A DNA stretch of 63,697 nucleotides, the filler included, from Bigelowiella natans CCMP2755 (taxonomy: Eukaryota; Protista; Cercozoa), in assembly GCA_000320545.1 (NCBI GenBank). It is 6 parts of 6 records of this genome, joined end to end, with 100 filler letters (N's around TTAATTAATTAA, not from the genome) between each part and the next. Parts side by side here need not be neighbours in the genome. Positions count along the whole stretch, not along the records: positions 1 to 10,948 come from ADNK01002539.1; positions 11,049 to 24,304 come from ADNK01002198.1; 4 more parts are not named here. The stretch is one strand, 5' to 3'. The position numbers and the translations under genes are program-made. The notes beneath the pieces were generated by a model that saw nothing but the letters and a program-made list of their open reading frames with translations, did no database searches and was not told where the DNA came from. This document shows positions 1 to 16,930 of this stretch, piece by piece (position 1 is the first letter of the stretch; each line of letters starts with the position of its first letter).

Positions 1-407
1 TTGGAAATCATGTTTTGGAGCACATTTTTGATTTGCTTCAACTACCAAGTTTTGAACATGGTGGGGGAGTAAGAGGTTGAAAATGCAATATGGTGGCGGG
101 CACCATTACAAAACCAAACATTTATCAGTCGCAAGAAGGGAGCATTACAAGGAATTTAGACATCTTTTGTTATTTCTTCAGCAACCTCCGGCATAAGTGG
201 GAAGGCGGGGGGCTGGAGATCATTGATATACTGAATAGAATCAATGCAGCAAAGCGTTTTGTACGTGGTACATAAATAGCAATTTCAGTAGGGGGTGGGG
301 GGGGGGAGGCAGCAATTGGCTGATGGCCAAAAACACACCGAGGATTGTGGTGGAATGGGCAGATTTACAACTTCATGTATCATGCATAGAATCGGATTAC
401 ACACGTT

Positions 408-438
<31 letters not shown>

Positions 439-971
439 CGTGTGTTGTATATTCATAGCAGCACCTTTTCTTGGCCATCAATGTCATGATCACGATAGAA
501 GTTACGAAGAATCTCCCTGAATACGAATATTGCAAACAGTATTGGAAGAGGGGGGGAGGGGGGGAAAGAGGGAGGGAGAGAGGGAGAGAGAGAGAGAGAG
601 AGAGAGCGCTTTGTAAGACTCAACAACATCATCATCATCATCATATAATGTATCTTATACGATATAACTATTGCTGTATTTGATATCATCCCAGCTACTA
701 CTACTACTACTACTACTACTACCACTATATAAGATGATGCTGAAAAAGATAAGTTTATTTTGCTTCTTTCATTATATGATTGTAATATATACCATGCTCT
801 CTTCCTCCTCCTTCTCATCCTCCTCCCCCACTCCCCCCCCCCCCCTCACATGCAAACAAACAAGCATATTGTCACCTAGGGTCATGTTGCGAGAGCTCAT
901 CGTAATTCAGGCTCTTAAAAACCGACGGGGTAGACAGTCCCTGGAATAGTCGGATAATATATATTGAGATA

Positions 972-1021
<50 letters not shown>

Positions 1022-1028
1022 TGGTATA

Positions 1029-1080
<52 letters not shown>

Positions 1081-1574
1081 ATTATGAATATCAATCGGCA
1101 CAACATGCAAGAGTACTACTTCTGTTTGCAGCTTAACTCTAAGAAAACCTTACTTTCTCAGGCTTGATCACATACACACTCCTCTGTGGTAATCTTGGAA
1201 CGGACTCAAGAATCTCCCTTCAGTGAATAAAAAAATCGATACAATCAAACAAAATCCAAGGATGTAGTCTCCAAAGGCACAGCAGTCTACCTAACGATGT
1301 CATCATGAATGGCGCATCATCATGAAAAAAAGGCTGCTGTAGTAGTCGATTGAAATTCTATAAGCGTTTGCGCTTCTTACCCCCTCCCCGTACAAAATGC
1401 GGTGCCTGAGGACAAGAAGAAGGTAATGTCGGAGCCAAGTTCTCCCGACCTGCAAAACAACGACGATGAGCCTCTAGTACTGGTCGTAGTAGTACTTATA
1501 CCATCACTAAATTGATCGTCGCTAAGGAAGAAAGAGATGCAAAAACTCATACATATTCGCACACACACACACAC

Positions 1575-1618
<44 letters not shown>

Positions 1619-1936
1619 GGGAAAAGTCCAAAAGTTAAGTTTATCATCATCGTCACCATCATCATCATCAAACGACGCTATGGTGCTATCCCCCCCCGTC
1701 CCCCCCTCCCCCTTTCCTTCTCACACCCCACCAGTCGATAAGATCGGCTTGCGTCACGGGATAATCAAATAGCTTGTTTAGCGCCCATAGTGTAGTTGCT
1801 GCATTGGCGCTGTTAGACAGTAAGTATACAACATGGAATCGTTAATCTACATCCAAGCCGAGAATATGGTTAGATCCAACATTTAGATATATCATGCACA
1901 CCTATGCATACTAGAACGTACAACACACACACAAAT

Positions 1937-2030
<94 letters not shown>

Positions 2031-2256
2031 CTGTCTGACAGTTGTGTTTGTATTTGTCCATGTTACGGAGTGCGTAAATGCACTTATTCCTTATCACCGT
2101 CGTCATCATCATTGCTATCGCCCTCACGATCAAACACATCATACACAAACATGCATACTAGCAATCCTTAAATGACGGCAACCGACCTCCCACCCCCGAG
2201 TCCTCCTTGTGCTGGAACTGTTTTATTCAAGCAAATCCGCAATCCATGCTTGACAC

Positions 2257-2296
<40 letters not shown>

Positions 2297-2723
2297 ATAA
2301 TAAATACTAATACTCAGTATATAGTCGGAGCCGCAAATGAAGCCGCATACAACACGCATACGATGCAAATGCACCAGGAGAACTCTGCTACAACAACAGC
2401 CTCTGATCGGCCACCTACACACCCTGCAATAACCACTATAACTAACTACTGCAAACGTCAACCAGTCCGTTCTCGAAAGAGATTCGCAGCACGAATAACC
2501 AGATTAGAATCATCCTTGTAGCCAACAAACAACGCCAACAACAAAAACCACAACACGCATATATGTTAGGCATATGATTCAGCACGCGAAGATTCTTAGG
2601 TTCTTCCCCATCGCGATGCCTTTTTGTTAGTGCAAGCAACCGTGGGTACTCCTGGCATATTGCATGAGAACTCATCAGGGACGTTTTCCGCCAACTTTGA
2701 TATTTTCAAGTCATCTCCTGATG

Positions 2724-2759
<36 letters not shown>

Positions 2760-3159
2760 CAGATCAAGAAATGATGCACAATAAAGGACAATCAATGGTA
2801 TCCTAAGCCTCCCCCCCCCCTCTTACTTCCCCCCTGAGCAGATTTCGTGCAATCATTGCAGCATGCCAACACCTAAGCTGATGGCTTGAAAGAGACTTCC
2901 AAGGTCATGGAACCTGATAATACATGAGGGGGGGGGGGGAAGGAAGAAAGTGTCATAACGCAAACCGATCTAAAGTGGAAGCAGATAGTAAGGAAGAAGC
3001 ATTCATAGTTGACTAAACACGTATGCAAAAGATGACAACCCGTCCGGTCGTTTGCCGATGATTCTAAGGAATAAGTTGATTTTTGAAGGCGAAAAGGCTT
3101 CTATATCCCAATGCTTCTGACAACCAGCCAATGTAACCGAAGAGGGAAAATCAAAGTGA

Positions 3160-3195
<36 letters not shown>

Positions 3196-3981
3196 TTGAT
3201 GATGATGACGGCGACGATGGTGATGATGACTATGAAACCGACTTAACAAATAACAGGATTTATATTGACAAATAATACCTTCTACTTCTACTACATTACT
3301 TATTATACTAATGATAATCACGACGATGAGAATGATATAAGAATGAAACAAATCCTACAGTATGAACGATAACAACGAGTATCAAACGACGAGTAGCTAT
3401 GATCAACAACGACGAATGTAAGAGAAGAAGAAGAAGAAGAAGAAGAAGAAGAATGCATGCTGGTATGTATACATCCATCACCGTGGCTGACGGCCTAAGT
3501 TTCAATTGAATATTCTTTCTCCTCATGTTTCGAAGAGGGTTGAAAGTGGCAGTTGAGCTGATAGGTCGGCAGTTGCCTTTGAGGCGTAGATCCATGAAGA
3601 CAGGGCTGCGACCATAATAATAACATAGATCTCTTGAGTATTCAAAGTCTTTGGAACTAAAGGGCGATGGATATATAGAGCATAACATATTTTACCTATG
3701 TATTAGTGCCCTCTGGCGTGTAACTCCCAAGCTCCCAGATGCATGGACCTGATATTATTCACATAAATACGTGAGGCTGCATCATGTACCCCCCTCTCCC
3801 AGTCCCCCACATTCCGGGAAATTGCGGAGAAACAGAGTCCAATTCGTGTTAAAATATTATACACTCTACACGTCACTAAGCTACACCGCTAGCGCGGAGG
3901 CAGAAGTCATGCTTGGAGGAGGATGCAACGAACCTTAAGAGCTACCACCAAGAGGAGTACTTGCCATCGGCAGGGACCCAT
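1..3981 (-). CDS. ispE: 4-diphosphocytidyl-2-C-methyl-D-erythritol kinase (MEP pathway), multi-exon, bipartite plastid leader, 3' end beyond window
   Basis: Spliced GT-AG exons read AFSPSKINLFLRIIGKRPDG / FHDLGSLFQAISL / DDSNLVIRAANLFRERT / NKTVPAQGGLGG / LWALNKLF / SGELGSDITFFLSSGTAFCTGRG / VYVIKPEK / GLSTPSVFKSL / YINDLQPPAF, matching plant-type CDP-ME kinase in order. Inferred leader MGPCRWQVLLLVVALK|VHASGS from ATG at 3981. Confidence 0.93.
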
Positions 3982-4079
3982 TGCCGACTTTTTATTCTTC
4001 GGATTTGAATTTCAAAAAAGCAAAAAACCAAGGCGAATTCGTAGGTGCGTCTTGTAAGAGGCAGCGCAAAAATAAAGTC

Positions 4080-4151
4080 GGGGCCAGGAGGAAATCGAAT
4101 CCTCGACCTCTTCAACCCTAATGAAGAATCATACCACTAGACCACTGGCCC
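4080..4151 (-). tRNA. tRNA-Pro (AGG)
   Basis: Reverse complement GGGCCAGTGGTCTAGTGGTATGATTCTTCATTAGGGTTGAAGAGGTCGAGGATTCGATTTCCTCCTGGCCCC: acceptor stem GGGCCAG/CTGGCCC, anticodon arm CTTCA-TTAGGGT-TGAAG, TTCGA T-loop, downstream T-rich terminator. Confidence 0.93.
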
Positions 4152-4333
4152 ACGTGTCGTTGATCGGGAAAGGATTCCAATAATTACCCGCAACTCCAAA
4201 ATTGCTGGGTTCTTAGAAATTGTATAAATTAGGGCCTGTTTGGATCGGATTTTGACCTTATATGGTTGTCGTAGATTCACGAACGGCTGTGTCCGAAGAT
4301 GTGCATTTTTCTTGGATCCACCCAACAACACCC

Positions 4334-9334
<5,001 letters not shown>

Positions 9335-10320
9335 AATCTGCAAAAAAGACCGAATCATATATGATAGTCAGGATATGGGGTAATATGAGGACGTGCTGTG
9401 TTTTGGGGAATGTTAAATAACACAAGCAAAGAGTTTAAATATAGCATGAATAAGGCCATAACCGTCAGAACTATAGAAATTGGTTTTTATGCACGTTATT
9501 ATGCACGTAGCAGCCAACATAGAGATAGGTCGCTCAGCAGCAGCAATAGTCCGCCTCCAGCAGTGCGTGCCGTACATGTACGCAACCTTGCTATGGCTGC
9601 TTACACGCTAGCATGTAGGCAGCTATCATGAACAATGCAACGTGGGTTGTTCCGCACATTTTGCATGTCCTAGTGTCTAGATGTGCGCAACAATGCACAG
9701 GTCGGTCATGCTAGCATGTGTATATGATGAATAACAGAATTCTAGCGCAAATATATAAATGTCCCTATACAAACACAGCAAAACGTCGTTCAGCCACAAA
9801 TTGACAGCGTCCTTTGTTGGCCTTTATTAAATTACAATCGGTCATCGTGCTCATTGATGAAATCACAGTCTAGTGGCAATGGATGCAGGAAATCTTTGCC
9901 AATTGCTTGGCCTCCTTCTTCGCATTCTAGCATTGCGTCTAGCTACATCCTGGCATCATACGGTCAATGATGAATAAGTGCAAATGATAAGTCTTCATAG
10001 TCACAACCGCGGTCGCACGATGTGCTAGAATCTCAAATGATCTAACATGAATGATATTACTAACAGCTGTTCACACGCTGCGCCGCGCAAACAATGCGAC
10101 GACAACACCAGTACGTTATTACAAGTTATTATTGTGCGTGGCGCTGCGCACATGGAGACGATTGTGCCTTCGCGCATTTTGTGTCGCAAAGAATAACGAA
10201 GATGCTTCAGCCCGTTGGCTTTCTACCGATTTGCACTTCTCGATGGCAATGTCATCGTTGTCATCGTATGCCTTGTAGCTATATTCCCACAGATCGAACA
10301 TGCACACTCGATGCTTCCTG

Positions 10321-10709
10321 CTATTGTTCCTTGGGCAGAACATCAGGCAAAAGGCGTGGGTTCCTCCTAGTCCCTACAACTTGCTCGATCTTAGCTCGCG
10401 CAGCTTTGACAGAACTCCTCCCGGAATGTATCGAGTACTCAAGCTCAAAGGACTTCGTCTGAAATCAAGGAAATCAACGAGTCGGTCAGCAATTGGCGGC
10501 TACACAGAAAAACCCCAAAGTGCTTCTGGTCCTTTGGAAATACGCATTATTGAGCTTGACGAGGTTGCTCGTGATCGTTGTCATCAGCATTCATCTTTGA
10601 ACATGTTTGATACTCCCCACTCCTCCTTCTTTTCCTTCCTCTCGTTCTTCTCTCACTATCTCTCATCTCTACCAAACACTATGCTGCTGATGATACTTCT
10701 ATAAGTATT

Positions 10710-10744
<35 letters not shown>

Positions 10745-10819
10745 TTACCTCATTTGGTAGAATGCGTGGTTGCCTCCCTGCTTTCCTCTCCACAGTACGA
10801 TTAGGAGGAAATCCGGTTC
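10321..10819 (-). CDS. 3' exons of a DUF4432 / aldose-1-epimerase-like protein (truncated by linker)
   Basis: Exons GTGFPPNRTVERKAGRQPRILPNE | TKSFELEYSIHSGRSSVKAARAKIEQVV...KEQ* resemble the C-terminus of bacterial DUF4432 proteins (recognised from memory). Confidence 0.6.
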
Positions 10820-10948
10820 CTAAACAACAGAAGAAGAGGAAACACATTGAATCCGTCATAATCACCATCACCATCATCACCATCACCATCATCATCATCA
10901 TCATCATCATCGTCATCATCGTCATCATCGTCATCATCATCATCATCA

Positions 10949-11048
10949 NNNNNNNNNNNNNNNNNNNNNNNNNNNNNNNNNNNNNNNNNNNNTTAATTAA
11001 TTAANNNNNNNNNNNNNNNNNNNNNNNNNNNNNNNNNNNNNNNNNNNN
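10949..11048. other. Artificial contig linker (N44-TTAATTAATTAA-N44)
   Basis: 100-bp spacer with stops in all six frames; flanking genes do not continue across it. Confidence 0.97.
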
Positions 11049-11268
11049 CAAGCAACCTTCTTTCCCAGGGCCCCCCTTTTGCTTTCCTTTTTTTCCTCCC
11101 ATTGAAAAAAAAGAGAGAGCCACAAATACCGATTGGAGCGTCTCTGTCATTGCGAACAGATGTGGATTTTGGTATATTTTCTCTTGGTGACAGGGCGTAT
11201 GGTACAAATTCCCCCCCCCCCCCCCCCCCTCTCTGTATGTGTGTTTGGACCCTGCATAAAATCATCAG

Positions 11269-11839
11269 CGGGGTGCGGTGGAGCTCAAGTTTTCCGACAT
11301 CGACAATGGAGGAAAGCAAGGGCACGACGACGAGAAAAAGAAGGCAACGAAAGGTTGAGACAACAATAGCATTGAGAATAGCTGAAATGTCAGATAGGAA
11401 TAAAGCACTAAAATTTTCCGTCTTCATTCCCCCCCGCCACCCCCTCTCTTTCTCTAGATAAAGCAGTGTCCCTCTGCGTAAATAGCGCGATGGCTGATCG
11501 GTGAGATTCGTAATATTAGTAGTAGTAGTTGTTGTAGTAGTAGTTAGTAGTAGGAAGTAGTCAGGCAGTTGTAGTTGTTGTAGCAGTCGCAGTAATAGTA
11601 GCAGTAGCACGCCAACGTGCTCCAATGAACGCATTTGTGGAATTATTCATCATTCACGATGCAGATGGCGAAGTCCGAAGCAGCTACAGCGAGAAAGCGA
11701 AGGTGCTGGCCCGTGGTGCGGTGCTCATTTGATTGAAGCGCGGCGAGTATGGACAACGAGTGTATCGTCTGCTACAGGCAAAGAGGAGGAGTCTTCATCG
11801 GGATGGAGCTTCCGTGTTATAACGGGTAAAACCAAATAA
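11269..11839 (+). CDS. 3' exons of an unidentified protein (possibly a metallophosphoesterase C-terminus)
   Basis: In-phase GT-AG exons RGAVELKFSDIDNGGKQGHDDEKKKATK | DKAVSLCVNSAMADR | WRSPKQ...GKTK*. Family assignment is weak. Confidence 0.45.
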
Positions 11840-12679
11840 ACTGGTGTTGTTAGCTAATGACTGCGCGTGGGGAACAAAGTCGCTGCTGTCGTCGCCGAAT
11901 CGCTTGCTGGTTTAAAAACAAGCTTGAGGACACTACCGTGCTAGCGTGTGCATCTATCGAGTCGACGTGTCATCACTGCTATGCTACGTACATGCTCGTC
12001 GTCTAGTCATCTCTAGATCCACATGGTTAACGTTGTGTGGAATGTGCACGCTTCTAGTAGGCTTACTCACACATTGTGATTGCCAATGAGCATGCATGCT
12101 TATGGCTGCTGTGTATGATGTATGGGCTCAGCAGCACTAGCGAGCAACGTACAAGATCATGATGCCCGGAGTGGCAGCACTACCAGAGCATGCTAGCATG
12201 TGTGGATGTGGACTGCGCCATGCAGCATGACTAGACGTACACGAGCATGCTCTTACTCGCTAGCTCGATCGATCATCGCACATTACAACATACTATATAG
12301 CATGCATGAGAAATAGCATCATTAGAGCGCGTGTGTGCAGCTAACGACATCATCAGGGACGCGTAATGCAATGCCAATCTAGCGATCTAGCAATGCTAGA
12401 ATGCTAGAATGGTCGCATATAATGCAAGATATATATATTAGCTTCGCAAACACAAAAAACTCATTTATTAGCTTGCCAGCTTGCGGCGGTTATCATTCAA
12501 GTCGTACTTACGCGTGCTTGACATATCACGATGTACGGGCTAATATCCAGCGAAAGCTTCATTTATACAAATGTACGATCGGTGGGCATTATGGATGATA
12601 AATGAACGTGTGCGTGAGAACGATACTGACTGTCACTCCGGTGTAAAGACTACTAGGCCCGGAGATGATGTATTATAGC

Positions 12680-14975
12680 TTATGCGCTCTTGCTGGCCAG
12701 GTTCTTGAGATACTCGCAGGGCGCAAAGAATGCAGCTTGCTGTGGGTTCGCTGCAGCTAGTGCAGACAGTTTTCCCACCACATTCTTCAATCCCTGTGAT
12801 TGAGCCCAGTGCATGATACCGCCCTTGTGCGCAGGAAAACCGTATCTGATTGCAGCATCATTGTGTGAGTGTGTGTTGGTAGTTATCGCTACAAACTCAT
12901 CCGTCGGACCCCCCCCCCCCCCCCCCCCCCCAATCCCCCCCCCGGCCTTTCTACTAAATTTATCCTCGACCCACGCATGGTCATTACCCGGTGATGGAGA
13001 CGACGTCAATGTCTGAGGCTCGGATCACCATCTTCTCTGCCAAGATGCGGCAGCTCTCGTTCACGATGGGATACATCACGGTTTCGATGATCTGCTGGTC
13101 GGTGATGGCCTTGAAGGGCTCGATGCCTTGTCGCGCCTTCGCCAGAAGCGCTGCAATGCCTTTCGGGTCGGGGATGGTGGCGCGGCCCTTGTACTTGTAA
13201 AACCCGATGCCGTTCTTCCTCCCCATCCGCTTGGCCTCGAGCATGAGCGGCCCCAGCTTAGACACGTACGTGCGCTCTCGATACGCGTCCACGAACTGCT
13301 TGGTGACATGTCCCATGATGTCAAGGCCGGAGAGGTCCGCCATCTCGTGGCAGCCCATCGGCATGTGGACGATTTTCTTCAGAAGTTTGTCGATGCGGTA
13401 GGGCGAGACGCCGCGATCCACCAGGAAGGCTGCCGCCTGGCCGTATCTAGGAGAGGTGTTGCGGAGGGGAGGGGGGGGGGGGGGGGGGGGGGTAGAGACG
13501 TTTTATTCAGCATCATGTGCAAAGGAGAGGTGGCTTGTGGATGGCTTACGGGTAGAAGATGCGATTGGCAGTGAATCCCACGCAGTTCCCGACAGTGACA
13601 GGCGTTTTCCCCAATCTCTTCGCGTACGCAATGGAGGCTGCAAGCGTCTGCTTGGAGGTAGAGCTGGGGAAAGAGCGGCAGGGGGGGGGGGGGGGAGGGG
13701 GACAGGAAAATGACGAGGCAAATGCATCATTAGCTAGATGTAGGAAGATCGAAGAGAGCAGAATGAGCAGGCCGAGACGTTGAATCTTCTCTACCCCTCT
13801 CTCTCCTCCTTTTATTACTGTTACTGTTACTGGTATTACTTTGTGCGGATGATTTCCAGCAGTGGCATGACGTGGGCGGGAGCGAAGAAGTGAAGGCCAA
13901 CGATACGGTCCTGTGCGTTCGTCTGGGGAGGAGAAACAGAGGGGTAAGCGTGGAGTGCGGCATCTCACATGGCCATCACGATGATTATCATCATCCACTT
14001 CTTCCTCATAACCATCATTCATCATCATCATCATCATCATCACCACCACCACACCATCCCGAACACACCATCACGTGTGACGTTGACCTTCTCGCCGATA
14101 ACGTCGATATCGATCGTGGAGGTGTTGGTGGCAAAGATACAGTCCTTGCGGCAGACGCGCTCCAGATCCTGAAAGACCTTCTGCTTGATGGGGATGTTCT
14201 CGATGATAGCCTCCACCACCATGTCGCAGCGCTCGAAGCCCTCGTAGCTGGTGGTGGGCGTGAGGTTGCGCATGCCCATCTCCATGGCGATTTGCGGCAT
14301 CTTCATCCTTTTCAGAACGCTGGAAATGGTGGCCGCCACCCTCTTCACGCCTTGGAAGAGGAGATCCTGGTTTATTTCCTTGAGGATCACATGGAAACCC
14401 TTGAAGAGCATGAGCGCGACGATCCCAGCGCCCATCGTGCCACCCCCCAGCACCGCGACTGTTTGGACCTTTCCGGCCGGCCTGATGCCTTGGAGCCCAG
14501 CACCTTGGCCGCAAGCTTCGAGGACAAGAACGTGTGGATCAAACCTCTGGCACTAGGGCTAGAGATGCAAACCTCGAAGGCCTTCATTTCGGCTTCGATC
14601 CCCTTTTCCCCTCCTTGGAGCAGCCCAGCCTTGACCGCATCGAGGCAGGCGCTAGCATGAGGCGTGCCCTTCGCTCTCCTCCTAGACTTAATCCGTGCGA
14701 GCTCGATGGCCTCCACTCCCTTTGCTCTGGAGCCGATACGCTCCTTCACCTCGAGCGACACGCGGCGGGGTTGCGCCCCGCTTGCTATGGCCAAAGCTGC
14801 TTTGATGGCGGTGGGTAGAAGGTCCTTTGACTTCTTCACGAGGTGATCGATAAGTCCGAGTTTCAGCGCCTTCTTTGCCTATTTTTTGCAATATAATTCA
14901 TTCAATTGGATCCCCACCCCCCTTTTCCTTGCCCATTAGTTATCTGAAAAGTTTCATCCCTCCCCCCTCCCCCCT

Positions 14976-15015
<40 letters not shown>

Positions 15016-16117
15016 CTTTTGCTTGCTTCATTTTCTATTTATCTCATCATCATCCTCTTCTTCTTTTTTCTCTTTTCTATCTTCTTACAGGAAATGGCTT
15101 GGAGGAGAGCATCGCTTTAGTTGCAGCTGCGACACCAATCAGCCGGGGGAGGCGCTGTGTGCCGCCCAATCCAGGGATAAGTCCGAGCTTCAACTCAGGA
15201 AGCTATTGTGTGATGATGACATAATAATAATAGCAATAATAATTATAATGATGATGAGCATAAAATAAAATACAGTGATTTTCACATCATTTCATGACAC
15301 ATGTCCGAAAGGCATGGATAGGACGAATTGTCTCCCGCGCTAACCCTAAAAATGCAACGCTTTGTGGGGATTGAGGGACCCCGTATATGGAGGCCTTGCT
15401 TCCGATCCTTGCATTGCATGCCATGGCCAGTTCAAGCCCCCCTCCAAGAGCAGGACCGTTGACAGCTGCGACCTGTGACAGAATAGATTTGTGTGTGTGT
15501 GTGTGTGTGTGTGTTTGTGCGGTGTGTGTTATGATGTTTTACCGTTGGCTTCCCGCCAGACTCGATCCCATTGAACAAATCGTGTCCACTCCTCATGAAG
15601 TGCTCAATGTCTGATCAGGAACATTATCGATGATGTCGATGGCCACTACAGTGTTTACCTCTTGACCTCCTTCCCTCCTTTTCTCTAGCTGATCGTCATC
15701 TTATTTATCACCTTGTTGAGCTCCAGAATTCGCGATTTTCATAAGATTCGGGATGTCAGCACCGGCCATAAAAAACTTCCCTGCCCCAGTAAAGACGATT
15801 GCCTTCACGGAATCGTCTGCGTTTGCTCTTTCCACGGCAGCTTTGATCGAAGCCGTCATATCTGGACCCAGCGAGTTCACAGGAGGCGACTTCATCAGCA
15901 ACACAGCGACACCGTTTTGCACTGAGTACTGGATGACGTTCTTGAACGATGAGCTCCCTGAAGCCTGAGAAGTTGCCCAAATATCATGTATATTTTAGAT
16001 ATTCTGTGGTTTTTGCGAGGTTGTAGGAGAATTTATCGCTACCGGTTGCAATATTAGGTGCCCGGCGACTCGTTCAAGCCGTTGGCTATGCTTGGTGTTC
16101 TTGTTGGTGTTTGCCAT
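12680..16117 (-). CDS. Peroxisomal fatty-acid beta-oxidation multifunctional protein (enoyl-CoA hydratase / 3-hydroxyacyl-CoA dehydrogenase; MFP2/AIM1/FadB type)
   Basis: Crotonase exons ([49 protein letters not shown]), Rossmann [72 protein letters not shown]. Confidence 0.95.
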
Positions 16118-16930
16118 CCTTTCCTTATCGTTTCCGATTCTCTCAACAAAAACTCCTGAAAGTGACACAGAACCCCAACACATGAGATAAAATCTATGTT
16201 TTTAATCGTAATTTTTGTCCAAGCACATCAAAAAGAGATAATCTCGCCCTATCCCGTGATTTCTTCGTGCACATCCGACGGCAAATAATACCGTATCACC
16301 GATGCAAACTTCAAGATGACAGCCGTGACCGCGCGGATGCACGGCACAGAAAGACAATTAGGTAGATACTAACAAAAAGGAGCAGAGGGGGACAAACGCT
16401 GGTAGAACCCACGAGCACAAGTACCTCGTTCGTGTTGAGGAGGTGCGATCGGAATCTGCCACACGAGTCACCAGTTGCCCCGCACTACGACACGCGACCC
16501 CGAGCCTTAATTCTTTCTAATTTTCGCACAAATATTGATGTCGTAGTGACGAAACTAAAATCATTCGGATTTGAAATTTGTTCGCACGGGGATCCCCGGT
16601 TTATTCCATAAGGGGGGTATCCGTTCAACAACCATCGGGTTTCTCACGACTGTGCATGAAAAGTCATGTCGCATTTTAAAGATTCCCTCAGATCTTGGCA
16701 TTTGCCCCGTGTAGGGGGTTTTCCAGAGATATTTTAAGGAACATTGGTACATTTTCCAAGAAATACATTGTCGCAGATGCAGAATTCAGGTGGTTTTTCA
16801 GATAGAAACACTTCGTGCCTCGCGGGAAGCCCTGTCTGTATTTGAGCACCCCGTTCCGGGGCCCCCCACCCTTCGTACAGAATCCAGTAGCAGAGGACTC
16901 GCTAGCCAGCCGGTCCAGACCTGAAGCAGC

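Noticed and set aside
13872-14660. 262-aa plus-strand ORF and other antisense ORFs
   Set aside because: Antisense shadows of GC3-rich exons of the multifunctional enzyme.
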